Below are positions 1 through 9,128 of a stretch of 32,000 bases of DNA, one piece after another (the stretch's first letter is position 1; every line of letters starts with the position of its first letter). The DNA comes from an uncultured Actinomycetota bacterium. Its GTDB lineage: Bacteria > Actinomycetota > Actinomycetes > Jiangellales > Jiangellaceae. The notes beneath the pieces were generated by a model. It was not told where the DNA came from, searched no databases, and worked only from the letters and a program-made list of their open reading frames with translations. The stretch is from NCBI GenBank assembly GCA_963831385.1, contig CAWHPW010000003.1, positions 1 through 32,000 of the forward strand, read 5' to 3'. Both the position numbers and the translations under genes were made by a program.

Positions 1-55
1 TGGTGCGCCGTTTCCGTTCATCGTCCACTCCTGTTCGTCAGCTTGTGATCAGACG

Positions 56-409
56 CTAGGAAGCGACCGGAATCGGCGCTTCGGGAGAACGAACCATCTC
101 GACGAGCTCGTCGGACGTGGGTAGTTCTGTGTACGAGCCGCTGGCAGGGACCTCAAACCGCAGGTACCAGAACAGCATCAAGCCCGTGGCAACCAGGTAG
201 AACGAGTGCATCGCCCAGATCGGTCCAGGCGGCAGACTGAAGACGTAGACCGAGTGGATGACGTTGCCGACGTTGCTCAAGACGATGTTGCCCAGGCTGT
301 ACGAGCTCAGGTCCCTGGTCCGGACGGCCTTCACCAGCATGGGCAGGACGCTGGAGGCGAAGATCAGCGTCGAGACAGTCCCGGCGAGCACTGGGAGGCC
401 GACGTCCAT
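56..409 (-). CDS. SemiSWEET / PQ-loop family small membrane protein (117 aa)
   Basis: Internal ATG (407-409) of the 268-aa ORF, preceded by AGGAGG with a 5-nt spacer. The upstream part of that ORF is Arg/Ser/Thr-rich junk. The product MDVGLPVLAGTVSTLIFASSVLPMLVKAVRTRDLSSYSLGN... has three hydrophobic helices and the SemiSWEET-like pattern P-x-L-x-K-x-x-R-T-R-x5-S-L (PQ replaced by PM). Confidence 0.65.
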   Translation of the reverse strand: MDVGLPVLAGTVSTLIFASSVLPMLVKAVRTRDLSSYSLGNIVLSNVGNVIHSVYVFSLPPGPIWAMHSFYLVATGLMLFWYLRFEVPASGSYTELPTSDELVEMVRSPEAPIPVAS

Positions 410-539
410 GGCGGCCTCCTTGTGTCGTCGGACTCTCGATCTCTGTGACGACGCTAGGAGCCGCACGTCGGTCGGAACATCGGGACAGTTCCCCATTTCC
501 GGCCTTGGAACGGATGGGTAGTTCGGCGTAGTGCGCGTT

Positions 540-2234
540 CTAAACGAGGTCGTGCTCGTACGCGTATGCCGTGGCGGCGGCTCGGCTCGAAATGCCGAGC
601 TTGGTGAAGATGTTGCTGATATGACGGGCAACCGTTTTCTCGCTGAGGAACAAGTCGGCCGCAATCGCGCGGTTGGTCCTGCCGGTCGCGACGAGGCGGA
701 GCACTTGCAGTTCACGCGTCGTGAGCCCGCCGGGCGCGGCAGCGCTCGTCGGCCGGAGCAGTGCTTCGATCCGGGCGAGATCTGGCGCGGCATCCAACTG
801 TTGGAACACCCAGCGAGACGCGTCGAACTCCAGCAGCGCGCCGTCCTCGTCGCCGAGCACACGACACGCTTGACCCATCAGCGCACGGACCCGGGCTCCC
901 TCGTACGGCGCGTCGACCGCCTGCCAAATCGTCCATGCCCGGCGCAGGGTGGCCAATGCAGCCCGGGCGTCTCCCTCGGCGAGCAGGACTGCCCCGGTCG
1001 CGTGAGCCGACATCGCTTCCAGCCACGGGGCATCTCGGCCGGCGGCGAACTCGGCCAACTCGTCGGCTGCGGCCCGAGCAGCTTTGACGTCTTGGGCGGC
1101 GAGGCCGATCTCGGTGCACGCGGAGAGTAACCAAGGCCGCTGGGCCTGGCTGGACGCCTCGTCCAGAACCCGACGGATCGTGGCAATCGCAGCATCGGTC
1201 TTGCCTTGTGCCAGCCGGAGCAGCGCGAGTCCGGGGAGGGGCTCATGACCCGCCTGGCTCGCCTGGCGGTAGGCAGCCTCGGCCTCGGAGAGTTCTCCGC
1301 GTTGCCGATGCAGCTCCGCCAGCCGGTACCAGGCCAAGCCGACCAGCCACTGGTCACCGGGCAGGGTGAGCAACTCGCGCGCCCGCTCCGCCTCAGCCAG
1401 GGAGTCCGACCAGGCGCCGTGCAAATGCATGATCTCGGCGCGACGGACCAGGCACTCGCCGCGGAAGGGCACGAGGTCGGGCTGTGCGTCGCACCAATGG
1501 CTCAGCGCCGAGGTCCATTCCTGCGCCCGGTGAAGGTCGAAGATCTTCATGCATTCGCTGATCACGGAGCAGTAGATGATCCCAATGGGAATTGGTGATA
1601 CTCCACCGGCCGTGACGGTGACCATTGCCTCGTCGAAAAGAGACAGACCTTCGGCGATTTGGCCCATAGCAATGAGTGCTTGGCCCTGCCCCAGCCGACC
1701 AAGGGCCGCGAGGTCCCGATCACGATGGTGTCCGGCGATCTCGGCTGCCTTCTCGAACAGGCCAAACGCTGCCGCGGGGTCTCCCTGGCTGAGGTTCTGG
1801 AGCGCAGCGGGCACCAGCAGGTAACCGCGCTCGACGCAGTCCTCCCCGCTCTCGTCGACCAGCCGTTGGGCCCGGGCGAGCCAGCCGCCACCCTGGGCCA
1901 TTTCGCCACGGTTGAACAGCCTCATGCCGAGCCAGAACGCGGGCAGTGCCGCCCGGGTCAGCTCTCCGCGACCCACGTACTCGTCGTGCGCCCGGGCTGC
2001 CAACGCGTCGCTGACGTCGTCCCTGCCGATTAGCGCGGCGGCCATGCCGAGCCGCTCGAGGTCCGCCGGCTCGAGTGGCAACTCGTTGTCAGCTGCGGAC
2101 AGCTCGCCGTATGCGACCGACCAGGCTTGCCTCGCGTAGGCGTTCCTGCCCCGCTCGAGTGCGCTGACCGCCTCCACGTCCCCCTTACTACCGCAAACCC
2201 GGGCTAGCGGGTACGCCTCCGCTCCACGTTTCAA
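540..2234 (-). CDS. LuxR-family transcriptional regulator with long N-terminal TPR-like helical repeat region (564 aa)
   Basis: C-terminal LuxR/FixJ HTH: GLTTRELQVLRLVATGRTNRAIAADLFLSEKTVARHISNIFTKLGISSRAAA. The N-terminal ~480 aa are Ala/Leu-rich helical repeats (TPR-like). No Walker motif seen. Confidence 0.85.
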   Translation of the reverse strand: MKRGAEAYPLARVCGSKGDVEAVSALERGRNAYARQAWSVAYGELSAADNELPLEPADLERLGMAAALIGRDDVSDALAARAHDEYVGRGELTRAALPAFWLGMRLFNRGEMAQGGGWLARAQRLVDESGEDCVERGYLLVPAALQNLSQGDPAAAFGLFEKAAEIAGHHRDRDLAALGRLGQGQALIAMGQIAEGLSLFDEAMVTVTAGGVSPIPIGIIYCSVISECMKIFDLHRAQEWTSALSHWCDAQPDLVPFRGECLVRRAEIMHLHGAWSDSLAEAERARELLTLPGDQWLVGLAWYRLAELHRQRGELSEAEAAYRQASQAGHEPLPGLALLRLAQGKTDAAIATIRRVLDEASSQAQRPWLLSACTEIGLAAQDVKAARAAADELAEFAAGRDAPWLEAMSAHATGAVLLAEGDARAALATLRRAWTIWQAVDAPYEGARVRALMGQACRVLGDEDGALLEFDASRWVFQQLDAAPDLARIEALLRPTSAAAPGGLTTRELQVLRLVATGRTNRAIAADLFLSEKTVARHISNIFTKLGISSRAAATAYAYEHDLV

Positions 2235-2269
2235 CTGGACCAGGTCGCCACGGCGGGCACCATGGGCGT

Positions 2270-3631
2270 GTGACGGATGGCGGCCCGGACGACGATGCGG
2301 CCTGGCGGACCCGGGTCCGGGCGCTCATCGTGCACCCATCGGAACCCAGGCTGCTTGCCGTGCGGGCAGACAGCCTGCGCGTTCCGGAGTTCGAGCTGCC
2401 AGGTTCTCCCTGGGTCGGTGAGCCACACGACTTCCTGGCGGCGCTGCGTGAGCAGGTCGGTTTCGACGCGGATCTGCTTCGCTGCGTCAGCCAGTCCGTG
2501 AGCGAGGCGGCCCGGACGAAATCCGTCACGCTGCTCCTCGCCGCTCGACCAGGCGCGGAGCCGTCGGACTCGATGGGGTGGATGAGCGCCGCCGACATCG
2601 GCTCTCTCGCCGGTGGTCAGGCCGAGATTGCCGACTCGATCATGCAGGTTCTCGGCGATCTCGCGGCCGGTACCACCAACGAGCACATGCCGTGGACCAA
2701 TCGCGGCTGGCACGCCGAAGCGGAGGACTGGCTGCGCACGTCAATGAAGGACATCGGCTCGCCGGTGATCGGCGACGTCGAGCCGGTCCTCAGCTGGGAA
2801 CTCTCCTGTGTGCTGCGGGCGGAGACGGCGAGCGGGGCAGTCTTCTTCAAGGTGGCGCTCGACACGCCGCTGTTCGCGAACGAGGCCTCGGTGGTGGCAG
2901 AGCTGGCCACGCTGTTCCCCGGTGAGATTCCGTCGCTGCTGGCCGCCGATCCCGACCGGCGCTTCCTCGTCCTCGCCGATGCGGGTCCGGTGGTCGGCTG
3001 GAGCGCACCGATCGAGATCCGCGAGGACGTCATGCGCGCGGTCGCGCGATTACAGATCCGGTCCGCGCCACACGTCGGGCGACTCTTGGCTGCCGGCTGC
3101 AACGACCGCCGGCTGGACTGGTTGGCCGCCCAGAGCAGCGAATGGCTCACCGAAGTCGATCTCTCGCGCTGGCTCCCCGCCGACGAGATCGCTGAGTTGC
3201 GGTCCGCCGAACCGCGGCTGTCTGAGATGTGTGCCGACCTGGCGTCGTTGCCGGTACCGCACACGATCGTCCACGGCGACCTGCATCTCGGCAACGTTGC
3301 ACGGGGCCCGGCCGGCTTCGTGATCTTCGACTGGACCGACGCCTGTGTCGCACACCCGTTCATCGACATGATCGCGATCGGCTACGAGGAGGACGAGGCC
3401 GTAGCTGCTCGCCTGCTGGATGCGTACCTCGCCGAATGGAGTGGCGTCGCCTCCGCTGCGGAGTTGCGGAATGCCTGGCGGCTTGCCGAGCCGCTGACTG
3501 CGCTGAATCATGCGATCAATTACGTGTCACTCTGGTCCAACGTCGACGCCGAAGCCGCTGATCGCGAGTTCGGCTCGGCCACGAGGCGGTTCCTGCGCAG
3601 GTTGCTCGACGCGATTCGCCGAGACGCGTGA
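2270..3631 (+). CDS. Aminoglycoside/choline-kinase-type phosphotransferase (APH fold) with N-terminal degenerate Nudix-like region (453 aa)
   Basis: GTG start. Catalytic-loop motif HGDLHLGNV followed by IFDWTDACVAHPFIDM, typical of the APH/ChoK family. The N-terminal ~110 aa contain GSPWVGEPHDFLAALREQVGF, resembling a decayed Nudix box. Confidence 0.8.
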   Translation: MTDGGPDDDAAWRTRVRALIVHPSEPRLLAVRADSLRVPEFELPGSPWVGEPHDFLAALREQVGFDADLLRCVSQSVSEAARTKSVTLLLAARPGAEPSDSMGWMSAADIGSLAGGQAEIADSIMQVLGDLAAGTTNEHMPWTNRGWHAEAEDWLRTSMKDIGSPVIGDVEPVLSWELSCVLRAETASGAVFFKVALDTPLFANEASVVAELATLFPGEIPSLLAADPDRRFLVLADAGPVVGWSAPIEIREDVMRAVARLQIRSAPHVGRLLAAGCNDRRLDWLAAQSSEWLTEVDLSRWLPADEIAELRSAEPRLSEMCADLASLPVPHTIVHGDLHLGNVARGPAGFVIFDWTDACVAHPFIDMIAIGYEEDEAVAARLLDAYLAEWSGVASAAELRNAWRLAEPLTALNHAINYVSLWSNVDAEAADREFGSATRRFLRRLLDAIRRDA

Positions 3632-3688
3632 CGCATCTGCACGCGCATCTGCCGCGCGCAAACCGCGTCGGCGCGGCAAGATGGCCCG

Positions 3689-4615
3689 ATGGGCACTGGT
3701 CCGGGAGACACCGTCGACGTGCGGTCCTTCCGCCGCAGCGATCGACAGCAGGTGACCGCGCTCGTGAACGCCCACGTCGCGGCGGTGATCCCGGGAATCT
3801 CGCTGTCCGTTGCGGCGGTGATGAACAGCCTCGGTCGCGATCCGGGCGAATACATCGTCGACCCATGGGTAGTCGAGCGGGTCACCCTCGTCGCCGAGCA
3901 ACGGCAGCGAATCGTCGCTGCGGCGCATCTACTGCGTTACGGCTCTGACGACCGGGTCGACGAGAGCTACCGCGACGCAGGCGAGATCCGCTGGCTGCTG
4001 TGTTGGCCGCCGGTGCCACGCTGGCCAGACACCGCGCCAGTGGGAGACCAGCTTGCCCGGGCCTGCCTGGCGCAGTTCGAGCGCTGGGGCGTTCGCCGGC
4101 GGTATGCCGACGGGACGCTGCCGATTCCGGCCGTCTACGGGGTGCCCGAACAGTGGCCACACATCCGTGAGATCTACGAACGCGCGGGCTTCAAACACGA
4201 CGGCCGGACGGAGATCGTGTTCGTGGTCGCTGTCGGCAACGTACCTCGCTGGCGGCCGTCGCTGACCGGTCTGAACATCCGCCGGACGCTGGGCGTCAAC
4301 GGCACCCGGATCTGGGCGCTGGCCGGCGACACGGTGCTGGGCTTCATCGAGGTGGACACGAACCTGGGCGAAGCCAACCGGGCCGCTGGCATCGCCTCGT
4401 GGGCCGACATCGGAAACCTGCAGGTCGTCGAGGCACATCGAGGGCAGGGCATCGGAAGCTGGCTGATCGCGGAGGCCGCCGGGTGGCTCGAACTGGCCGG
4501 TATCAGCCGGCTGCTCGACTACGCCAGCCCGGACGACACCGCTTGCGTGGCGTTCCTCGAGCGGATCGGTTTCCGTGAGCTGACCCGGACGATTCGCGGC
4601 CTGGAGATGCCTTAG
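3689..4615 (+). CDS. GNAT-family N-acetyltransferase (308 aa, probably tandem GNAT folds)
   Basis: Acetyl-CoA binding motif VVEAHRGQGIGSWLIAEAAGWL (Q/R-x-x-G-x-G/A) near the C-terminus. N-terminal VRSFRRSDRQQVTALVNAHV is typical of GNAT strand 1/helix 1. The exact start is uncertain. Confidence 0.8.
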   Translation: MGTGPGDTVDVRSFRRSDRQQVTALVNAHVAAVIPGISLSVAAVMNSLGRDPGEYIVDPWVVERVTLVAEQRQRIVAAAHLLRYGSDDRVDESYRDAGEIRWLLCWPPVPRWPDTAPVGDQLARACLAQFERWGVRRRYADGTLPIPAVYGVPEQWPHIREIYERAGFKHDGRTEIVFVVAVGNVPRWRPSLTGLNIRRTLGVNGTRIWALAGDTVLGFIEVDTNLGEANRAAGIASWADIGNLQVVEAHRGQGIGSWLIAEAAGWLELAGISRLLDYASPDDTACVAFLERIGFRELTRTIRGLEMP

Positions 4616-4648
4616 CCGCGCGGACAACGCCAACTGCTGTGGCCGCGG

Positions 4649-5710
4649 TCAGGTGAGCAGCCGGACCCGACGCAGCGACCACGTCGTTTGAGTCCCTGCC
4701 GACAGCCGGGGCGGTCCCCCATGTCTGATCAGGACGCCCCCGGCCGCAGTGTCGAGGTGGTAATCGGTGTGCGTTCCCCGGTAGCGGACGGCCGTGACGG
4801 TGCCCGGTAGGTCGCCGCCCAGCGCCGCCCAGTCCGGTCGGACGATCAGGGTCGCGGGGGCAACCGGTCCGCCGCCGTCGCCCTCGACTTCGACCACTCG
4901 GCCGCCAAATTGAAGACGGACGCGCCCGTGCCCGGGCAGACTGACGCCGGCAGTGAGGATCGAGATCGGGCCAGTGAGCCTCGCGACGGTCAGATCCGCC
5001 GGGTGGTCGTAGACCTCTGCCGGCGTGCCAACCTGGGCCAGCTCGTTGTCGTGGACGACGGCGACCCGGTCGGCGATTGCAAGCGCTTCCGCGGCGTCGT
5101 GGGTGGAATAGAGCGCTGCAGCCCCTGTCATGGCCCGCCGTCGCGCAACCTCCTCGAGGATCAGGGCGCGTAAGTGTGCGTCGAGGTGCGCGGTCGGCTC
5201 GTCGAACAAGTAGACGTCCGGCTCGGCTGCCAGCGCCCGCGCCAGGCCAACGCGTTGGGCCTGCCCCCCGGAGAGCTGGCCGGGTTTGCGGTTGGCGAGT
5301 GACGCCAGGTCCGTTCGGGCGAGCAACTCGTGTGCGCGCTGCCGAGCCTCGGCCTTCGATCCGCCGTGCCGCCTGATCGGATAGGCAACGGTGTCCAGCA
5401 CGGACATGTGCGGCCAGAGTGCGTAGTTCTGAAAGACCATCCCGATCCGACGGCGCTCGGGAGGCACCATGCGCCCTGGCCCGGAGACCAGTTGGTCGGA
5501 GAGCCAGATCTCACCGGTCCGCGGGACGACCAGCCCGGCAATGGCGTGCAAGAGCGTCGTCTTGCCCGAGCCAGATGGGCCGAGCAGGGCTAGCACCTCG
5601 CCGGGGGCGACGGCAAGGTCGACATTTCTGACGACCTGAGTTTCGCGATAGCACAGGTCCAAACAGCGACAATCGACCGCCGGAGTCTCAGCGTGAACCT
5701 GGATGGTCAT
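4649..5710 (-). CDS. ABC transporter ATP-binding protein (FbpC/PotA-like importer ATPase, 353 aa)
   Basis: Walker A GPSGSGKTT, signature LSGGQAQRVGLARAL, Walker B VYLFDEP, H-loop STHD. The start ATG at 5708-5710 overlaps the permease stop (ATGA). The N-terminal 251 aa of the 604-aa ORF are out-of-context Arg/Gly junk. Confidence 0.9.
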   Translation of the reverse strand: MTIQVHAETPAVDCRCLDLCYRETQVVRNVDLAVAPGEVLALLGPSGSGKTTLLHAIAGLVVPRTGEIWLSDQLVSGPGRMVPPERRRIGMVFQNYALWPHMSVLDTVAYPIRRHGGSKAEARQRAHELLARTDLASLANRKPGQLSGGQAQRVGLARALAAEPDVYLFDEPTAHLDAHLRALILEEVARRRAMTGAAALYSTHDAAEALAIADRVAVVHDNELAQVGTPAEVYDHPADLTVARLTGPISILTAGVSLPGHGRVRLQFGGRVVEVEGDGGGPVAPATLIVRPDWAALGGDLPGTVTAVRYRGTHTDYHLDTAAGGVLIRHGGPPRLSAGTQTTWSLRRVRLLT

Positions 5711-7362
5711 GAGTCGACCTGTCGGCGCCGCCCAATCAGGACGAGACCGCCTGCGACGAGGATGAACGGGACGGTCAGGACCAGCGACAGGGCTGCGGTT
5801 GCGCCCAGGTTCCCCAGCTCCTGCTGGTTGAGAACGACCACAGCAAAGGTCTCGCTGCCAGGTCCGTACATGATCGCCGACATGGTCAACTCGTGCGTCG
5901 CGGTGACGAACACGAGCACCGCCGCGATGGCGACGCCCGTCGACAGCAGCGGGAGCACCACCGTGCGCAGCGCAGTGCCAGCACTGGCACCACTCACCCG
6001 GGCCGCGGGGAACACCTCCGCCGGTAGTCGGTCGACGGCCGCCTGGATCGGCCGGTGACCCAGGGCCCAGAACTTGCCCAGATAGGCAATCAAAATGATC
6101 ACCACCGAGCCTGTCAGCCACCGGCCGTACGCGATCATGACTCCGATTGCGAGGGCGGTGCCCGGGACGGCGAAGCTGAGCGTCACGGTAGTCGACAGTG
6201 CTGCCCCGCCGCGGCCGCGCGCGGCCGCCGCCACAGCGCCGATGGCCGGCACTATTGCCGCCGCGGCCAATCCCAGCGCAACGGTCCGGATGAGCGCCTC
6301 CGGAGCCGCTCCTGCGAATGCGATGCCGAAGTTCGCCAACGTCCAGTTGGCCGGAGCCGGAAGGAGGCCCGGGGCCCGGGTGATGGCAGTGAGCGCCACC
6401 GTCAACAGCGGGATCCCGACGGCCAGCACTGCGTAGAGCACGACGGCGGCCGTGACCGCCCACACGGCACCGATACCCGGGCGGCCGACGACGACTGGTC
6501 CCGGTGGACCTGCCGCCCGCGTGCTGCCAGATCGGGCGCCCATCCGCAGGTCGGCGAAGCCGACTACGAGAAGGACCAATACCACCATCGAGAGCGCCAC
6601 TATCGTCAAGTCGGTGAATCCGGCCGGGTCGGCCGAGAGAGCGAGGTTGCGGTAAACGAGAGTCGTCATGGTTGAGAACCCGGCCGGCGTACCGAGAACC
6701 TGCGGGATAGCGAAGCTATTGACGGAGCTGACGAACACCAGCGCGGCCCCTGCGAGAAGCGGCACCCGGAGCAGCGGAAGTGAGATCGTGCGGAAGGCCG
6801 TCAACGCTGTCGCGCCCGCGCATCGTGCCGCCCGCTCGGCATCGGTATCAGCTCGGACTGCGAGCCCGGCGGCCGTCGCGAGGTAGGCCAGTGGGAGAAG
6901 GTGTGCCGACATGACGAGGACGATCCCCACCGGTCCGAACAAGCCGGGGATTCGCAAGCCGAGGAGCCGGTCGCCGAGACCAGCCGGTCCGTAGGCCTGG
7001 CTCCATGCGAAGCCCAGGACGAACTCCGGTACGACGAGCTGGGCGGCGACGAGAAGGCGAAGCAGTCGACGTCGCCGCCCGGCGGTGTGGCGCTCGACGG
7101 CGAGGGCAAGCGCCGCTCCGGCCGCAACCGCCAGTGCCGTCACCGCTATCGACACCTCGACGGTGTGAACGATCGCCCGAATGGCTCCGGGCCTAGCCAG
7201 GGCCCGGGCCACTCCTGCGAGTCCATCACCCGCGGCGACCTGCGCCAACCGGTACAACGGCATCGCGGTCAGCACTAGGAGCAGGATCACTGCGAGCGCC
7301 GACGTCACCAGGGCTGCGCCGGCCAGCCGTCTGGCGTTGCCGAAACCTCCGACGACGGACAT
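5707..7362 (-). CDS. ABC transporter permease, fused two-domain type (FbpB/ThiP-like, 551 aa)
   Basis: About 12 predicted hydrophobic helices in two repeated halves. The size and duplication are typical of ferric-iron/thiamine-type importer permeases. It sits between the SBP and ATPase genes. Confidence 0.9.
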   Translation of the reverse strand: MSVVGGFGNARRLAGAALVTSALAVILLLVLTAMPLYRLAQVAAGDGLAGVARALARPGAIRAIVHTVEVSIAVTALAVAAGAALALAVERHTAGRRRRLLRLLVAAQLVVPEFVLGFAWSQAYGPAGLGDRLLGLRIPGLFGPVGIVLVMSAHLLPLAYLATAAGLAVRADTDAERAARCAGATALTAFRTISLPLLRVPLLAGAALVFVSSVNSFAIPQVLGTPAGFSTMTTLVYRNLALSADPAGFTDLTIVALSMVVLVLLVVGFADLRMGARSGSTRAAGPPGPVVVGRPGIGAVWAVTAAVVLYAVLAVGIPLLTVALTAITRAPGLLPAPANWTLANFGIAFAGAAPEALIRTVALGLAAAAIVPAIGAVAAAARGRGGAALSTTVTLSFAVPGTALAIGVMIAYGRWLTGSVVIILIAYLGKFWALGHRPIQAAVDRLPAEVFPAARVSGASAGTALRTVVLPLLSTGVAIAAVLVFVTATHELTMSAIMYGPGSETFAVVVLNQQELGNLGATAALSLVLTVPFILVAGGLVLIGRRRQVDS

Positions 7363-7378
7363 CAGACTGGTCGCTGGT

Positions 7379-8389
7379 TCAGCCGCCGAAGATCGACTGA
7401 TACTGCTCGAGCAGATCTTGCTGGCTGCCGAACAGGTCCTCCCACGTCGGCGATACCTCGGTGGCCCCGGCCGGACGTGGTGGTCCCTCGACCCCCTCCA
7501 CGACCGGCTGCCAGCCGGTGTCTGCGATGCGCTGCTGGCCGTCCTCTGACAGCACGTAGGAGATCCAGGCCTGTGCCGCCTCCGGACTGGCTGTCTCGGC
7601 CGTCTGCCCGATCGGGCTGTAGATCACGATAGCCCCGCCTTTCGGCCAGATCATCGTCAGCGGGGAGCCCTGGTCTATGGCGGTGCGGATCTCGCTTTCC
7701 AGCGACATGCCCAGCTGGTACCGGCCGGTGGCGACGTTGGTGACCACTTCAGGCGGAGTGGCTACTTGTTCTGCACCGTTGGCCTTGAGGTCCGCATAGA
7801 AGTTCATGCCGTACTCGGGCGCCTGGCTGAAGTAGCCCAGCGCGGCGAACGCCGATCCGGCGGCCGCGGGATCCGGAACAGCGACGGCATCTCGGTACGC
7901 CGGGTCGGTCAGGTCCGACCAGTCGTCGGGCTGCGAGGTCAGCTCACTGTTCGCCACGATGACGAGCGTCAGCAGGCGGGTACCCCAGAAGTGGTCGGTC
8001 TTGTATTCGTCCGGAACTCCGCCGATGTCGGGTAACGGCCACTCGGCCAACAAACCCTGCTGTGCGTAGGCCTGCATCGACAGCGGGTCGGTCGCCCAGA
8101 TCACGTCGGCCGGCAGACCACCGGATCGTTCGTCCGCCGCGATGCGGGCGTTGAGATCGCCGGTCGTGGCCCGGAAGACCTCCACCTCGGCCGCGGGGTT
8201 CGCTTCCTCGAACCCGGCCACCACCGCATCCACAGTGTTCTGGGTGACCGACGTATACAGGGTGAGTGCGAGTTCGCTCGGGGGGCTGGTCTCCTCGGCG
8301 GTGGTTGACTCCCCATCGTCACCGCACGAGACGGCGAGGGTGACCGACAGCGTTGCCGCCGTGACCTGAAGGAACCGGGCAAGCCTCAT
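7379..8389 (-). CDS. ABC transporter substrate-binding lipoprotein (solute-binding family 1, ferric-iron/thiamine type, 336 aa)
   Basis: Signal peptide with lipobox: MRLARFLQVTAATLSVTLAVSCGDD (LAVS-C). The mature domain has the periplasmic-binding-protein pattern (LTLYTS..., VIWATDP...). Confidence 0.9.
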   Translation of the reverse strand: MRLARFLQVTAATLSVTLAVSCGDDGESTTAEETSPPSELALTLYTSVTQNTVDAVVAGFEEANPAAEVEVFRATTGDLNARIAADERSGGLPADVIWATDPLSMQAYAQQGLLAEWPLPDIGGVPDEYKTDHFWGTRLLTLVIVANSELTSQPDDWSDLTDPAYRDAVAVPDPAAAGSAFAALGYFSQAPEYGMNFYADLKANGAEQVATPPEVVTNVATGRYQLGMSLESEIRTAIDQGSPLTMIWPKGGAIVIYSPIGQTAETASPEAAQAWISYVLSEDGQQRIADTGWQPVVEGVEGPPRPAGATEVSPTWEDLFGSQQDLLEQYQSIFGG

Positions 8390-8405
8390 GACGACCTCCG
8401 CTGTG

Positions 8406-8810
8406 CTAGGACGGTGACTCCGGCGACTGCGGGCCGAGGATCCAGATCCGGTGCTCCGACGGCGGGGCGCCCACGCCGACGGGAGCCGGGCCGGGTGCGC
8501 CAGCGTCCGCTCCCCGCGGCTGGGATGGATGGTCGGGCTCCCAACGCTGGGGGTCGTCAGTGAGCCCGACCAGGTAGGTGACCGTGCAGTCGAGGGCGGC
8601 CGCGAGGTCCGGGAGCAGACCGATGTCGATGCCGCGACCGTGCTCCATGGCCGACAGGGTCCGGTTGGACAGTGGGATGCCGGCGCGGCCGAGGCGTTGG
8701 CCGACGCTTGTCTGGGTCAGGCCGAGCGCGCGCCTGCGCTCGCGCAGTCGGCGTGCGCAGGTCCAGTGGCGGTCGGCCACTGAGGCGCGGGCATCCGAGC
8801 GGAGCCCCAT
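8406..8810 (-). CDS. XRE-family helix-turn-helix transcriptional regulator (134 aa)
   Basis: HTH_3-type motif LRERRRALGLTQTSVGQRLGRAGIPLSNRTLSAMEHGR...DLAAALDCTVTYLVGLTDD. Pro/Gly-rich C-terminal tail. The stop lies 16 nt upstream of the SBP start. Confidence 0.8.
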   Translation of the reverse strand: MGLRSDARASVADRHWTCARRLRERRRALGLTQTSVGQRLGRAGIPLSNRTLSAMEHGRGIDIGLLPDLAAALDCTVTYLVGLTDDPQRWEPDHPSQPRGADAGAPGPAPVGVGAPPSEHRIWILGPQSPESPS

Positions 8811-8849
8811 AAGCGCAGTGTTCGCCGATTCCGCGATTCGCGCAACACG

Positions 8850-9128
8850 TCAGTCAAGGTCCGGGGGGTCATTCATGTCGGCGAGTGGGTGGATCGTGTA
8901 GTGCGCGAAGTTGTATACGGGCGCCAGCCCGAGCAGGCGCTCCAGTTCTTCGTTCGAGGCGACGTCGTAGATCCAGGCTCCGCCGTGGGCGCCAACCAGG
9001 TGGTAGCGGCCGATCACTTGGCCGGACCGCTCGAGCGGCCGTGCGTACGCGGGCATCCGGGCCACCGCGGCCGCCACCTCGCGGGATACCAGGCTCAGGT
9101 CGAGGCTCCACAGGACCAGGAACTTCAT
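8850..9128 (-). CDS. Muconolactone delta-isomerase-like small protein (92 aa)
   Basis: Only the last 92 codons of the 341-aa ORF look protein-like: MKFLVLWSLDL...GAWIYDVASNEELERLLGLAPVYNFAHYTIHPLAD. This is the ferredoxin-like MIase pattern. The ATG at 9126-9128 overlaps the YceI stop (ATGA). Confidence 0.7.
   Translation of the reverse strand: MKFLVLWSLDLSLVSREVAAAVARMPAYARPLERSGQVIGRYHLVGAHGGAWIYDVASNEELERLLGLAPVYNFAHYTIHPLADMNDPPDLD

Noticed and set aside
1-21. Possible start of a minus-strand gene (ATG at 19-21 preceded by AGGAG) running off the left edge
   Set aside because: Only 7 codons are visible, which is too little to support a feature call.
3631-3677. Tandem CGCATCTGC repeat, and a GCCGCGC...GCGCGGC stem (3651-3657 / 3671-3677) after the phosphotransferase stop
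   Set aside because: The loop is 13 nt, there is no U-tract, and the next start codon is only 12 nt away. GC-rich DNA yields such pairings by chance. It is not convincing as a terminator or repeat element.
4616-4648. CCGCG / CGCGG pairing between the convergent GNAT and ABC ATPase genes
   Set aside because: It has a 5-bp stem with a ~21-nt loop, so it is not a credible hairpin.
5711-6463. N-terminal extension of the ABC ATPase ORF (604 aa as listed)
   Set aside because: It overlaps the permease gene out of frame, and the translation is Arg/Gly-rich. The real start is the ATG at 5710, coupled to the permease stop.
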